A stretch of DNA of 64,000 nucleotides from assembly GCA_019749945.1 (NCBI GenBank), contig JAIEPF010000023.1, forward strand, positions 9,786 through 73,785, written 5' to 3'. How positions within the stretch are numbered: position 1 is the first letter of the stretch; each line of letters opens with the position of its first letter. The translations under genes were made by a program, and so were the position numbers. Shown here in pieces: positions 9,353-19,146 of this stretch. The notes beneath the pieces were generated by a model that was not told the origin of the DNA, made no database searches, and worked only from the letters and a program-made list of their open reading frames with translations. The DNA is from Burkholderiales bacterium (lineage in GTDB: Bacteria > Pseudomonadota > Gammaproteobacteria > Burkholderiales > SG8-41).

Positions 9353-10405
9353 GTGCGCATCGGCCCTCATCAACTGAAAAACAACCTCGTCGTGGCACCG
9401 ATGGCGGGCGTGACTGATCGCCCCTTCCGTCAGTTGTGCAAGACGATGGGTGCCGGCATGGCCGTGTCGGAGATGGTGGCGAGCAATTCCTTGCTCTGGG
9501 GTTCGGAAAAAACCAAACGCCGCGCCAACCACGACGGTGAGGTCGATCCGATTTCAGTACAGATTGCAGGGGCGGATCCCCAGATGCTCGCCGACGCGGC
9601 GCGTTACAACGTCGATCAGGGTGCGCAGATCATCGACATCAACATGGGCTGCCCGGCGAAAAAAATCTGCAATGTGATGGCGGGCTCGGCGCTGCTGAAG
9701 GACGAGCCGCTGGTCGCCCGCATCCTCAAGGCCGTGGTCGGTGCAGTCGGGGTGCCGGTGACGCTGAAAATCCGCACCGGCTGGGATCGTGACCATCGCA
9801 ATGCGCTGATGGTGGCGCGCATCGCCGAGAGTTCCGGCATCCAGGCGCTGGCAATCCACGGCCGCACCCGCGCCTGCGGTTACAGCGGCGAGGCCGAGTA
9901 CGACACCATTGCCGCGGTCAAGGCGGAGATCCGCATCCCGGTGATCGCCAACGGCGACATCACCACGCCGGAGCGTGTCAAACAGGTGCTGGAATATACG
10001 AAAGCCGATGCCGTGATGATCGGCCGCGCGGCGCAGGGCCGGCCGTGGATGTTCCGTGAAATCAGCCATTTCCTCGAGACCGGACGCCATCTGCCGCCGC
10101 CCGCCGTCGGGGAAATCCACCGCGTGCTGGTGGCGCATTTGCACGATCTCTATGATTTTTACGGCGAACTGACCGGGGTGCGCGTCGCGCGCAAACACAT
10201 CTCCTGGTACACCAAGGGTCTGGCCGGCTCGGCGGCATTCCGCCACGGCATGAACCAGCTGCAGACCTGCGCCGAACAGATCAGGGCCGTGGACGATTAT
10301 TTTGCCGAACTTTCAGGCCTGGGCGAACGCCTGATTTATGTCGAAGAACCCGGCATGATGAACAAACCCGAACGTATGGAAGAGCCTGCAGAACTTGCGG
10401 CGTGA
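9353..10405 (+). CDS. dusB: tRNA-dihydrouridine synthase B
   Basis: VRIGPHQLKNNLVVAPMAGVTDRPFR is the canonical DusB N-terminus. The ORF 9221.. extends upstream through the AT-rich promoter region, so GTG at 9353 was chosen. Followed by fis. Confidence 0.9.
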   Translation: MRIGPHQLKNNLVVAPMAGVTDRPFRQLCKTMGAGMAVSEMVASNSLLWGSEKTKRRANHDGEVDPISVQIAGADPQMLADAARYNVDQGAQIIDINMGCPAKKICNVMAGSALLKDEPLVARILKAVVGAVGVPVTLKIRTGWDRDHRNALMVARIAESSGIQALAIHGRTRACGYSGEAEYDTIAAVKAEIRIPVIANGDITTPERVKQVLEYTKADAVMIGRAAQGRPWMFREISHFLETGRHLPPPAVGEIHRVLVAHLHDLYDFYGELTGVRVARKHISWYTKGLAGSAAFRHGMNQLQTCAEQIRAVDDYFAELSGLGERLIYVEEPGMMNKPERMEEPAELAA

Positions 10406-10433
10406 TGAATAAGTAAGTGGAGGAACCGGCAGC

Positions 10434-10673
10434 ATGATGAATGAAACCGAAATGGCCCGCGTGGTGCGCCGGGCGATCGACGGCTATTTCCGTGATCTCG
10501 ACGGTGAAAAGGCCTGCGGCGTATACGACATGGTCATCGGCAGCGTGGAAAAACCGCTGCTGGAATCGGTGTTGCACAAGGTGCGCGGCAACCAGTCGCA
10601 TGCCGCGGCGATGCTGGGCATCAACCGCAACACGCTGCGCAAAAAAATAAAGACCTACAACATCAAGTTCTGA
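10434..10673 (+). CDS. fis: DNA-binding protein Fis
   Basis: 79 aa with C-terminal HTH GNQSHAAAMLGINRNTLRKKIK. GGAGGA RBS 9 nt upstream. dusB-fis operon. Confidence 0.95.
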   Translation: MMNETEMARVVRRAIDGYFRDLDGEKACGVYDMVIGSVEKPLLESVLHKVRGNQSHAAAMLGINRNTLRKKIKTYNIKF

Positions 10674-10734
10674 CGAGCCCCGATAGTCAAGGGCCGCCGC
10701 GCGTGTTTTCGCCCCGCACTTTCGCCCCGCAGCC

Positions 10735-12297
10735 ATGGCCATCATCAAACAAGCACTGATCAGCGTCTCCGACAAGGCGGGCATCCTCGACTTTGCGCGC
10801 GGACTCGCCGCTTTCGGCGTGAACCTGCTGTCCACCGGCGGCACCGCCAAAATGCTGCGTGATGCCGGACTCAAGGTCACCGAAGTCGCCGATTACACCG
10901 GCTTCCCGGAAATGCTCGACGGCCGCGTCAAGACCCTGCATCCGAAGATCCACGGCGGGCTGCTCGGCCGGCGCGATGTGCCGGCGCATGCCGAGGCAAT
11001 GAAAAAAGCCGGCATACCCGGGATCGATCTCGTCGTCGTCAATCTGTATCCCTTCACGCAGACCATCGCCAAACCGGATTGCCCGCTGGCGGAAGCCATC
11101 GAGAACATCGACATCGGCGGTCCGGCGATGGTGCGCAGCGCGGCGAAGAATCATGAACATGTGGCGGTGGTCACCGATCCCGCCGATTACGCCGCCCTGC
11201 TGAAGGAAATGCAGTCGGCCAGCGGCGCACTGGGTGCGGAAACGCGGTTCCGGCTGGCGTGCAAGGCGTTTTCGCATACCGCCGCCTACGACAGTGCGAT
11301 CAGCAATTACCTGACCGCGCTGCAGCCCGACGGCAGGGCCGCGGCATTTCCGGCGCGGCTCAATCTGCAGTTCGACCGGGTGCAGACTCTGCGTTACGGC
11401 GAAAACCCGCACCAGCAGGCGGCGTTTTACCGTGATCTTCAGCCTGCCCCCGGCAGTCTGGCCGCGTACCGGCAACTGCAGGGCAAGGAACTGTCGTACA
11501 ACAATATCGCCGATGCCGATGCGGCCTGGGAATGTGTCAAGACGTTTGAGGCGCCGGCCTGCGTGATTGTCAAACACGCCAATCCCTGCGGCGTTGCGAC
11601 GGCCGCCGATATTGCCGCGGCATACGACAAGGCCCTCGCCACGGATCCGACATCGGCTTTCGGCGGCATCATTGCCGTCAACCGCGCACTGGACGCGGCG
11701 ACGGCGCAGGCGATTTCAAAGCTGTTCGTCGAGGTGATCATCGCGCCGCAGGTGCTGCCCGATGCGCTGGCGGTGTTTGCCGGCAAGGCCAATCTCCGCG
11801 TGCTCGAGGTGCCGCGGGCCGCGGGCGCCAACCGCTTTGACCTCAAGCGCGTCGGCGGCGGCGTGCTGGTGCAGACACCGGACAGCATGAATGTCGCTGC
11901 GGCGCAATTGAAAATCGTTACAAAGAAAAAACCGACGGAGGCGCAGTTGGCGGATCTGCTGTTTGCCTGGCGCGTCGCCAAATTCGTCAAATCCAATGCC
12001 ATCGTGTTTTGCGGCAACGGCGGCACGCTGGGTGTGGGCGCGGGGCAGATGAGTCGCGTCGATTCGGCGCGCATCGCCTCGATCAAGGCGGAGAATGCCG
12101 GACTGAAACTGGCGGGTTCGGTGGTGGCCTCGGATGCCTTTTTCCCCTTCCGCGACGGCGTTGATGTGGTTGCCGCCGCCGGGGCGAATGCGATCATCCA
12201 GCCCGGCGGCAGTCTGCGCGACGAAGAAGTCATCGCCGCCGCCGACGAACATGGCATTGCGATGGTGTTCACCGGCTTCCGCCATTTCCGCCACTAA
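10735..12297 (+). CDS. purH: bifunctional AICAR transformylase / IMP cyclohydrolase
   Basis: 520 aa. N-terminal MGS-like [11 protein letters not shown]... and C-terminal AICARFT region ending FRHFRH. Confidence 0.97.
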   Translation: MAIIKQALISVSDKAGILDFARGLAAFGVNLLSTGGTAKMLRDAGLKVTEVADYTGFPEMLDGRVKTLHPKIHGGLLGRRDVPAHAEAMKKAGIPGIDLVVVNLYPFTQTIAKPDCPLAEAIENIDIGGPAMVRSAAKNHEHVAVVTDPADYAALLKEMQSASGALGAETRFRLACKAFSHTAAYDSAISNYLTALQPDGRAAAFPARLNLQFDRVQTLRYGENPHQQAAFYRDLQPAPGSLAAYRQLQGKELSYNNIADADAAWECVKTFEAPACVIVKHANPCGVATAADIAAAYDKALATDPTSAFGGIIAVNRALDAATAQAISKLFVEVIIAPQVLPDALAVFAGKANLRVLEVPRAAGANRFDLKRVGGGVLVQTPDSMNVAAAQLKIVTKKKPTEAQLADLLFAWRVAKFVKSNAIVFCGNGGTLGVGAGQMSRVDSARIASIKAENAGLKLAGSVVASDAFFPFRDGVDVVAAAGANAIIQPGGSLRDEEVIAAADEHGIAMVFTGFRHFRH

Positions 12298-12302
12298 GAA
12301 CA

Positions 12303-12398
12303 GTGAAGGGTGAACGGTGAAGAGTGAACGGGCAAATTCAGACCGCCGATATGGCTTAACGGCTTTCCCCATCACCCATCACCCATCACCCATTACCC
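12303..12398. repeat. two opposed arrays of four heptamers (GTGAAGG GTGAACG GTGAAGA GTGAACG ... ATCACCC x3 ATTACCC) flanking a 40-nt spacer
   Basis: Read directly. Left array 12303-12330, right array 12371-12398. The reverse complement of the right array is GGGTGAT-type, so the GGTGA cores face each other. Confidence 0.85.
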
Positions 12399-12406
12399 GT
12401 TAGCAC

Positions 12407-13693
12407 ATGAAAATCCTCGTCATCGGCGGCGGTGGCCGCGAACATGCGCTGGCTTGGAAGCTGACGCAGTCGCCGCTGGTGCAGAAAGTATTCGTAGCCC
12501 CCGGCAATGCCGGCACGGCCTGCGAAGACGGCCTGCACAATGTTGCGCTGGCGGACAATCAGCAAATACTTGATTTTATTGATAAAAATGATATCGCGCT
12601 GACGGTGGTCGGCCCTGAAGCGCCGCTCGCTGCGGGTGTGGTCGATGCCGTGCGCGGCGCAGGTCATCGCATTTTCGGGCCGACGCAAAAAGCCGCGCAG
12701 CTCGAAAGCTCCAAGGATTTCGCGAAAAACTTCATGGTGCGCCATCGCATTCCGACGGCGAAACACGCGACCTTCAGCGATGCTGCAGCGGCGCATGCCT
12801 ATATCGACCGCGAAGGCGCGCCGATCGTGATCAAGGCCGACGGCCTGGCCGCGGGCAAGGGCGTGGTGGTGGCAATGCAGCTGGACGAAGCGCATGCCGC
12901 CGTCGACATGATGCTGGTCGGCAACAAGATGGGTTCCGCCGGCGCACGCGTGGTGATCGAAGAATTCCTCGACGGTGAGGAAGCGAGTTTTATCGTGCTT
13001 GCCGACGGCCGCCATGCGCTGGCATTGGCCAGCAGCCAGGACCACAAGCGCCTGCAGGACGGTGATCAGGGGCCCAACACCGGCGGCATGGGTGCCTACT
13101 CGCCGGCGCCGGTGGTGACACCGGAAATCCATGCGCGGGTGATGCGCGAAGTGATCCAGCCGACCTTGAACGGCATGGCCGCCGACGGCATCCCGTACAC
13201 CGGGTTTTTATATGCCGGACTGATGATCGGCGCCGGCGGCGCGCTGAAGGTGCTGGAATTCAACTGCCGCATGGGCGACCCGGAAACGCAGCCGATCATG
13301 ATGCGGCTCAAAAGCGACCTGGTGCCGCTGCTCGAAGCGGCGATCGACGCCAGGCTTGATACCGTGCAGGCGGAATGGGACCCGCGGGTGGCGCTGGGCG
13401 TGGTGTTGGCCGCGGCGAACTATCCCGGGGATCCGCGCAGGGGCGACGTGATCAGCGGGCTGCCGCCGGCGGGCGAGGATTACCATGTGTTCCACGCCGG
13501 CACCGCGCTGGCGGGTAAGGATGGTAAGGACGTCGTGACCAGCGGCGGTCGCGTGTTGTGTGTCACCGCACTGGGTCATAACACCCGCACCGCGCAGCGG
13601 CGCGCCTACGAAATCGTCGACCTGATCCGTTTCGCCGGCATGCAGTGCCGGCGCGACATCGGCCACCGCGCGGTTGCCGCGGGACGCAAATAA
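12407..13693 (+). CDS. purD: phosphoribosylamine-glycine ligase
   Basis: 428 aa. [19 protein letters not shown]-terminus and ATP-grasp core. Confidence 0.97.
   Translation: MKILVIGGGGREHALAWKLTQSPLVQKVFVAPGNAGTACEDGLHNVALADNQQILDFIDKNDIALTVVGPEAPLAAGVVDAVRGAGHRIFGPTQKAAQLESSKDFAKNFMVRHRIPTAKHATFSDAAAAHAYIDREGAPIVIKADGLAAGKGVVVAMQLDEAHAAVDMMLVGNKMGSAGARVVIEEFLDGEEASFIVLADGRHALALASSQDHKRLQDGDQGPNTGGMGAYSPAPVVTPEIHARVMREVIQPTLNGMAADGIPYTGFLYAGLMIGAGGALKVLEFNCRMGDPETQPIMMRLKSDLVPLLEAAIDARLDTVQAEWDPRVALGVVLAAANYPGDPRRGDVISGLPPAGEDYHVFHAGTALAGKDGKDVVTSGGRVLCVTALGHNTRTAQRRAYEIVDLIRFAGMQCRRDIGHRAVAAGRK
12563..12590 (-). promoter_or_regulatory. IHF-consensus site inside purD (minus strand TTTTTATCAATAAAATCAAGTATTTG)
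   Basis: Core AATCAAGTATTTG matches WATCAANNNNTTR, with a 5' A/T tract. It lies in a local AT-rich rare-codon patch. Confidence 0.35.
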
Positions 13694-13722
13694 GGCGTCG
13701 CGCGACCCGCGCAACCACAGAG

Positions 13723-14619
13723 ATGGACATCGCCGCAGTCAAAAATTACCTGACCGGTCTGCAGCAGACCATCGTCGACCAACTGACAATGCTGGACGGC
13801 GGTTCCTTCCTGCGCGACGAGTGGCAGCGGCCGCAGGGCGGCGGCGGCATCACCCGGCTGCTCGAAGGCGGTGCGCTGTTCGAACGCGGCGGTGTCGGAT
13901 TTTCCCATGTGTTCGGCGACAATCTGCCGCCCTCGGCATCCGTTGCCCGGCCGGAACTGGCCGGGCGCGGCTTCCAGGCCATGGGCGTGTCGCTGGTGCT
14001 GCATCCGCGCAATCCGTACATACCGACAGTGCACCTCAATGTGCGTTTTTTTGTTGCTGAAAAAGCCGGGGCTGCGCCGGTGTGGTGGTTCGGCGGCGGC
14101 ATGGACCTGACGCCGTACTACGGTTTCGAGGAAGACGCCGCACATTTCCACCGCAGCTGCCGTGATGCGCTGGCGCCCTTCGGCGCGGAACACCATCCGC
14201 GATTCAAAGAGTGGTGTGACCGTTATTTTTTCCTCAAACACCGCAACGAAGCGCGCGGTGTCGGCGGCATATTTTTCGATGATCTGGCCGAGCCGGATTT
14301 TGCGACTGCATTCGCGCTGACGCGCAGCGTCGGCGACCATTTTCTGTCGGCTTATGCGCCCATCGTCGAACGCCGGCGGGATCTGCCGTACGGCGAACGC
14401 GAGCGCGATTTCCAGGCCTATCGCCGCGGCCGTTATGTCGAATTCAACCTGGTGCATGACCGCGGCACGCTGTTCGGGCTGCAGTCGGGCGGGCGCACCG
14501 AATCCATCCTGATGTCATTGCCGCCGGTGGTGCACTGGCGTTATGACTGGCGGCCGCAGCCCGGCACGCCCGAAGCGCGGCTGTACACCGATTTTCTGGT
14601 CGCCAAAGACTGGATCTAG
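13723..14619 (+). CDS. hemF: oxygen-dependent coproporphyrinogen III oxidase
   Basis: [31 protein letters not shown] signature. The upstream part of ORF 13645.. overlaps purD, so ATG 13723 ([10 protein letters not shown]) was chosen. Confidence 0.93.
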   Translation: MDIAAVKNYLTGLQQTIVDQLTMLDGGSFLRDEWQRPQGGGGITRLLEGGALFERGGVGFSHVFGDNLPPSASVARPELAGRGFQAMGVSLVLHPRNPYIPTVHLNVRFFVAEKAGAAPVWWFGGGMDLTPYYGFEEDAAHFHRSCRDALAPFGAEHHPRFKEWCDRYFFLKHRNEARGVGGIFFDDLAEPDFATAFALTRSVGDHFLSAYAPIVERRRDLPYGERERDFQAYRRGRYVEFNLVHDRGTLFGLQSGGRTESILMSLPPVVHWRYDWRPQPGTPEARLYTDFLVAKDWI

Positions 14620-14667
14620 AGCGGCGCCGGTTTCAGACACCGGGCCCGGTCAGACCCCGTGCCGGCT

Positions 14668-16581
14668 TCAGACACCAAGCCAGGATTTGACCGAACGCAG
14701 CCGTTCGCGCAACTGGCCCAGCATCGAGGCATCGGATGATTGCGCCGCCGCCACCTTGTGCTGTTTCAGCAGTTTCGGCGTTTTGCGGAACGACTGGTAA
14801 CGCGCCAGTGCGGCATGTACATGCTGCTGCAGCAGTTTCAGGTTCAGCGGTTTGCTCAGGAAACGAAACACCTGGGCCTGGTTGATCAGTTCGATCACCA
14901 GTTCCGAATCCGAAGCCTCGGTGGTCAGAATGGCGAGGATTTCCGGATGGTCCTGTTTCAGCAGCTTGAAGGTGGCGACGGACTTCTGGTCGCCGCTGCG
15001 GATGTCGGCGATGATGACCGCGATTTCTTTTTCCGCAAGAATCGCCAATCCGCGGTCCATGTCCGGCGCATGCAGCACCGGGCAGACGCTGCCCATCAGT
15101 TCATTGACGGCGCGGAACACGCTTGCGTCCGGATTCAGCACCAGGATGCCGCTGCCGAGCCTGTCGGGCACGATCACCGGCGCCGCCGCCATGTCGGCGA
15201 GTTCCAGCGCGATGGCCGCGGCTTCACCGATGGTTTTCTGGATCTCGGCGTTGTCCCAGGGTTTGCTGATGAAGCGGAACACCTCGCCGTCGTTGATCGA
15301 GCCGACGATGGAGGCGAGGTCCGAATAACCGGTGAGCAGGATGCGCACCGTCTGCGGCGCAAAATCCTTGACCTGGCGCAGGAATTCGACGCCGGTCATC
15401 TCCGGCATGCGCTGGTCGCTGATCACCACATGCGGGCGGAAGCGTTTGAGGAATTCCATGGCTTCCGGACCGCTGCTGGCGGTGAACACGTTGTACTGGT
15501 TGCGGAACACCGAACGCAGCGCATTGAGAATCCGCTCCTCGTCGTCGACGAACAGCAACTTTGCTTTTTTGCCGCCGGTGTCGAATGCCGATGCGACCGC
15601 CGGCGCAGCCGCTGTCGGCGCCGCCGCGGCCTGGGCCGCCTTGGCGGCCTGCATGCCGGAGATCATCCGTGCCGCCGAGACCAGTTTCGGATCCAGGCGC
15701 TGCGTCGGCGCTTCGGCGGCTTCCTCCGCAGCGCTGACTTTGCTGGTGCGCAGGCTGGCGGCGATGCCCTGCACAAACGCCAGCGCGAATTCACGCGCGG
15801 TCTGGAAACGGTCTTCGCGTTTTTTGGCCAGCGCCTTGTGCGTGGCCCAGTCGAGCTGCACCGAAATCCGCGGATTGAAATCCGACGGGTTGGCGGGGCG
15901 GTCGCTGATCACCTGACGCATGATCTCGACATTGCTGCCGATGAAGGGCTTGCGGCTCGCCAGCAATTCATAGGCGATCACGCCGGCGGCGTAAATGTCG
16001 GTGCGCGCATCGGGTTCATCGCCGGTGAACTGTTCCGGCGACATGTAACCCGGGGATCCCATGATTTCGCCGACCTGGGTCAGCGAGGACGAATCGAGGT
16101 GGGCGATGCCGAAATCGCTGATCTTGATGCGGCCGTCATCGTTGATCAGGATGTTGGAGGGTTTGACGTCGCGATGGACAACGCCCTGGGCGTGGGCGTA
16201 ACCGAGGCCGTCAAGGAGCTGGCGGATGATTTCGCCGATTTCCGCCAGCTCGAATTTCGCCTTGTTCTGCAGGTGTTCGTACAGCGACTTGCCGTTGACC
16301 AGCTCCATCACGATATAGGCGATGTTGTCGTCCTCGCCATAGTCAAAGATCGCGGCGATGCGCGGATGGGTGAGACGCCCCACCGCCTGCGCCTCGTGGC
16401 GGAAACGCGCGATGGCGTACTGCAGTTCCGAAGGATCCATCGCCGATTTGGTGATGGTCTTGATCGCCACCTGGCGGTGGATGGCGGGGTCGAAGGCCTT
16501 GTAGACCACCCCCATGCCGCCGCGGCCAAGGATGCCCTGCACCTCGTACTTGCCGATGTTTTTTGGGTAAGCGGTTGTCAT
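14668..16581 (-). CDS. Hanks-type Ser/Thr protein kinase fused to two C-terminal receiver (REC) domains
   Basis: Kinase motifs GRGGMGVVYKA, VAIK, HRDVKPSN, DFG, GSPGYMSPE. Ala-rich linker. REC1 is canonical (FVDDE, VVISDQRMPEMTG, LLTGY, SKPW). REC2 is degenerate (LNPDAS, IIADIRSG, ILTTE, SKPL). Confidence 0.85.
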   Translation of the reverse strand: MTTAYPKNIGKYEVQGILGRGGMGVVYKAFDPAIHRQVAIKTITKSAMDPSELQYAIARFRHEAQAVGRLTHPRIAAIFDYGEDDNIAYIVMELVNGKSLYEHLQNKAKFELAEIGEIIRQLLDGLGYAHAQGVVHRDVKPSNILINDDGRIKISDFGIAHLDSSSLTQVGEIMGSPGYMSPEQFTGDEPDARTDIYAAGVIAYELLASRKPFIGSNVEIMRQVISDRPANPSDFNPRISVQLDWATHKALAKKREDRFQTAREFALAFVQGIAASLRTSKVSAAEEAAEAPTQRLDPKLVSAARMISGMQAAKAAQAAAAPTAAAPAVASAFDTGGKKAKLLFVDDEERILNALRSVFRNQYNVFTASSGPEAMEFLKRFRPHVVISDQRMPEMTGVEFLRQVKDFAPQTVRILLTGYSDLASIVGSINDGEVFRFISKPWDNAEIQKTIGEAAAIALELADMAAAPVIVPDRLGSGILVLNPDASVFRAVNELMGSVCPVLHAPDMDRGLAILAEKEIAVIIADIRSGDQKSVATFKLLKQDHPEILAILTTEASDSELVIELINQAQVFRFLSKPLNLKLLQQHVHAALARYQSFRKTPKLLKQHKVAAAQSSDASMLGQLRERLRSVKSWLGV

Positions 16582-18443
16582 GCCTGCTGCTCGTCCAGGG
16601 TCGCAGTTGCCGGAGGTGTCAGCGGCAGCACGATCGTGAAACGGGTGCCTTTGCCCACGGTGGAATCAACACTGATGGTACCACCGTGCTGCTCGATAAT
16701 CTTGTACGAAATCGACAGTCCGAGACCGGTGCCCTTGCCCACGGCCTTGGTGGTGAAAAACGGGTCGAAGATTTTGGACATGATTTCCGGCGGAATCCCC
16801 TTGCCGTTGTCGGCGATTTCGACGGCGACATGATCGGCGCCTTCCGTCCGCGTGCTGAGGGTGATTTCGCCGCTGCCGGATTCGATGGCCTGCGCGGCGT
16901 TGTTGATCAGGTTGAGGAACACCTGGTTCAGCTGCGAAGGTGAACAGGTGATGGCCGGAATGTCGCCGAACTGTTTTTTGACCGTCAGGTGCTTCAATTC
17001 ATGCTTGGCGAGAATCAGCGCGCTGTCGAGGCCTTCATTCAGGTTGAAACTCGACACCTTGCTGCGGTCGATCCGGCTGAAGTTCTTCAGGTTGAGCACG
17101 ATTTCGGAGATCTGCTCGATGCCGTAAAGGCCGTCGTTCGCCAGTTGCCCGAGTTCGGCCAGCGCCTGCTGTTCGGCGAAATGGTGCACCAGGCCGCGCA
17201 CCGAGGCATATTTGGCCTGCAGCCGCGCAGGATCCGGGCTGGGGTCTTCCATCAGCTTCAGCAGTTTGTTGGTCTCGACGATCAGCTGTTTGACGTCGGG
17301 CAGTTTGCCGGCGACCGAGCCCAGGCTGTTCTTGACATAGGCCAGAGGCGTGTTGATTTCATGCGCGATGCCGGCAACCATCTGTCCGAGGGACGACATT
17401 TTTTCGGTCTGGATCAGCTGCGACTCGGATTCCTTCAACTGGCGCAGCGCGTCGGACAGTTCGCGCGTGCGCTCTTCGACCCGCGATTCAAGCACGCGGT
17501 TGGCTTCGTTGAGCAGCCGGTAACTGACCGCGAGTTTTGACAGCAGCCAGCCGATCAGGATCAGCAGCGCGCCGGCATAGGCGATCAGGTAGATGCGGTA
17601 ACGTTCGCTGTCGGACTGCACGTCCGCGCTCTCCAGGCTGAACGCGTCGGTCAGGCTGTCGATGCGCGGCCCCGCCGAGGCAATCGCGATTTTCTGGAAC
17701 AGTTCGTTTTCCACCGGTTTGGCGCCGAGGATCTGTTCCACCGTGCTGTCTATGCGGGCCAGGCCATCGCGCAGCGCGGGCGGCACGCCGGTTCCGGCCT
17801 TGCGCAGGTCGGCGGCGAACAGTTCGACGTTTTTGCGCTGCGTGTCGCTCGGGTCGGTGGCGTAACGCATGACCTGGGCGAACAGCAGCGCCGAGGTGCT
17901 TTCGACGGCGATCAGCCGGTCGCGTTGCGGATAACCGGCCCAGACCCCGCGCACCAGTCCGGCGATTTCGTTGTCGAATTCGACCATGCGCCCCAGCGCC
18001 TGCGTGACCGCGCCGCTGGCCGCACGGTAACGTCCCATCAATTCGATTTTCTGTTGGAAGGCCTGCACCAGCGCCGGCAGGCTGCGATTGAGCACCGGAC
18101 TCCCGGCGTCGGCGGCTGCTTGCTGAAGCCGTTTCAGCAGTTCGGGCGCACGAGCGCCGCGGTCGTCAGTGGGGCGCAGCTTGCCGGATGCGCCCTCAAC
18201 CCGCGCGCGCAGCACTTCAAGATCCCAGCGCGCATCGATTTCCCGCAGCTCGCGCAGGTGGCCGAGAATTTCATTCTGGCGCCGGTAATCGACGCCCTGG
18301 CTTTTCAGGTAGAGAAAGCCGAGCAGTGCGACCAGTGCGGCAGCGATCAGAATGGTTAACGGCGCCCGTGCTTTGCGTGACACCAGGATTTCCTGACAGC
18401 GCAGCAGCAGCACAGCCGCGGATTTTTTGAATTTATTCTCCAA
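16578..18443 (-). CDS. sensor histidine kinase (one TM helix, long helical N-terminal sensor region, HisKA + HATPase_c; no receiver domain)
   Basis: H-box AHEINTPLAYV; N, G1 and G2 boxes (NLINNAAQA, DNGKGI, GTGLGLS). The stop overlaps the STK start (ATGA, 16578-16581). Outermost start is TTG 18443, overlapping livF by 11 nt. GTG 18383 with an AGGA RBS is an alternative. Confidence 0.85.
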   Translation of the reverse strand: MENKFKKSAAVLLLRCQEILVSRKARAPLTILIAAALVALLGFLYLKSQGVDYRRQNEILGHLRELREIDARWDLEVLRARVEGASGKLRPTDDRGARAPELLKRLQQAAADAGSPVLNRSLPALVQAFQQKIELMGRYRAASGAVTQALGRMVEFDNEIAGLVRGVWAGYPQRDRLIAVESTSALLFAQVMRYATDPSDTQRKNVELFAADLRKAGTGVPPALRDGLARIDSTVEQILGAKPVENELFQKIAIASAGPRIDSLTDAFSLESADVQSDSERYRIYLIAYAGALLILIGWLLSKLAVSYRLLNEANRVLESRVEERTRELSDALRQLKESESQLIQTEKMSSLGQMVAGIAHEINTPLAYVKNSLGSVAGKLPDVKQLIVETNKLLKLMEDPSPDPARLQAKYASVRGLVHHFAEQQALAELGQLANDGLYGIEQISEIVLNLKNFSRIDRSKVSSFNLNEGLDSALILAKHELKHLTVKKQFGDIPAITCSPSQLNQVFLNLINNAAQAIESGSGEITLSTRTEGADHVAVEIADNGKGIPPEIMSKIFDPFFTTKAVGKGTGLGLSISYKIIEQHGGTISVDSTVGKGTRFTIVLPLTPPATATLDEQQA

Positions 18444-19146
18444 GATACGCTTGCCTCACTTGTGGGCTGGACAACAGGGTTTTTGCATTGTCGGCGAGCA
18501 CGATGGCGCCGCTTTCCATGACATATCCGCGATCACAGGTTTCCAGCGCCAGCCTTGCGTTCTGCTCGACCAGCAGCATGGTCACGCCTTCTGCAGCCAC
18601 CGCACGCACGGTCTCAAAAATTTTCTGCACCATCAACGGCGCCAGCCCCATGCTCGGTTCGTCGAGCAGCAGCAGCCGGGGCCGGCACATCAGCGCGCGC
18701 GCCATGGCAAGCATCTGCTGTTCGCCGCCGGACAGCGTGCCGGCGGGCTGTGTGCGGCGTTCCGCCAGCCGCGGAAACAGCGCATAAGCGCGTTCAAAAT
18801 CGCGCGCAATCGCCGCCTTGTCGTGATGAATGTAAGCGCCCATCGCCAGGTTTTCCGCAACCGTAAGCCGGGGAAACACGCCGCGCCCCTCGGGCACCAT
18901 GGCCAGACCGTGTCGCACCAGATGATACGCCGGTTTGCCGGTGATCTCGGCGCCGTCGTACTCGATGCGGCCGGCGCGGGGTTTGAGCAGTCCGGAGAGC
19001 GCTTTCAGCGTGCTGCTCTTGCCGGCGCCGTTGGCGCCGATCAGCGCCACCAGTTCGCCGCGTCCGATGCTGAGATCGATGCCCTTGACCGCCTGGATGC
19101 CGCCGTAGGAGACCTCGAGCTGGTGAACGGTCAGCAGGGCGTTCAT
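18433..19146 (-). CDS. livF: branched-chain amino acid ABC transporter ATP-binding protein
   Basis: Walker A GANGAGKSS, signature LSGGEQQ, Walker B LLLLDEPS. Last gene of the liv block. Confidence 0.93.
   Translation of the reverse strand: MNALLTVHQLEVSYGGIQAVKGIDLSIGRGELVALIGANGAGKSSTLKALSGLLKPRAGRIEYDGAEITGKPAYHLVRHGLAMVPEGRGVFPRLTVAENLAMGAYIHHDKAAIARDFERAYALFPRLAERRTQPAGTLSGGEQQMLAMARALMCRPRLLLLDEPSMGLAPLMVQKIFETVRAVAAEGVTMLLVEQNARLALETCDRGYVMESGAIVLADNAKTLLSSPQVRQAYLGE

Noticed and set aside
14620-14680. Direct 10-mer repeat TTCAGACACC (14632 and 14667) and small hairpins between convergent hemF and the STK gene
   Set aside because: Short stems (5 bp) with no U tracts, and the repeat partly lies in the coding 3' end. 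Probably incidental.
14740-16833. 697-aa ORF on the plus strand
   Set aside because: It is antisense to the Ser/Thr kinase and HK genes, has no recognisable motifs, and has the Arg/Gly/Asp-rich shadow-frame composition.
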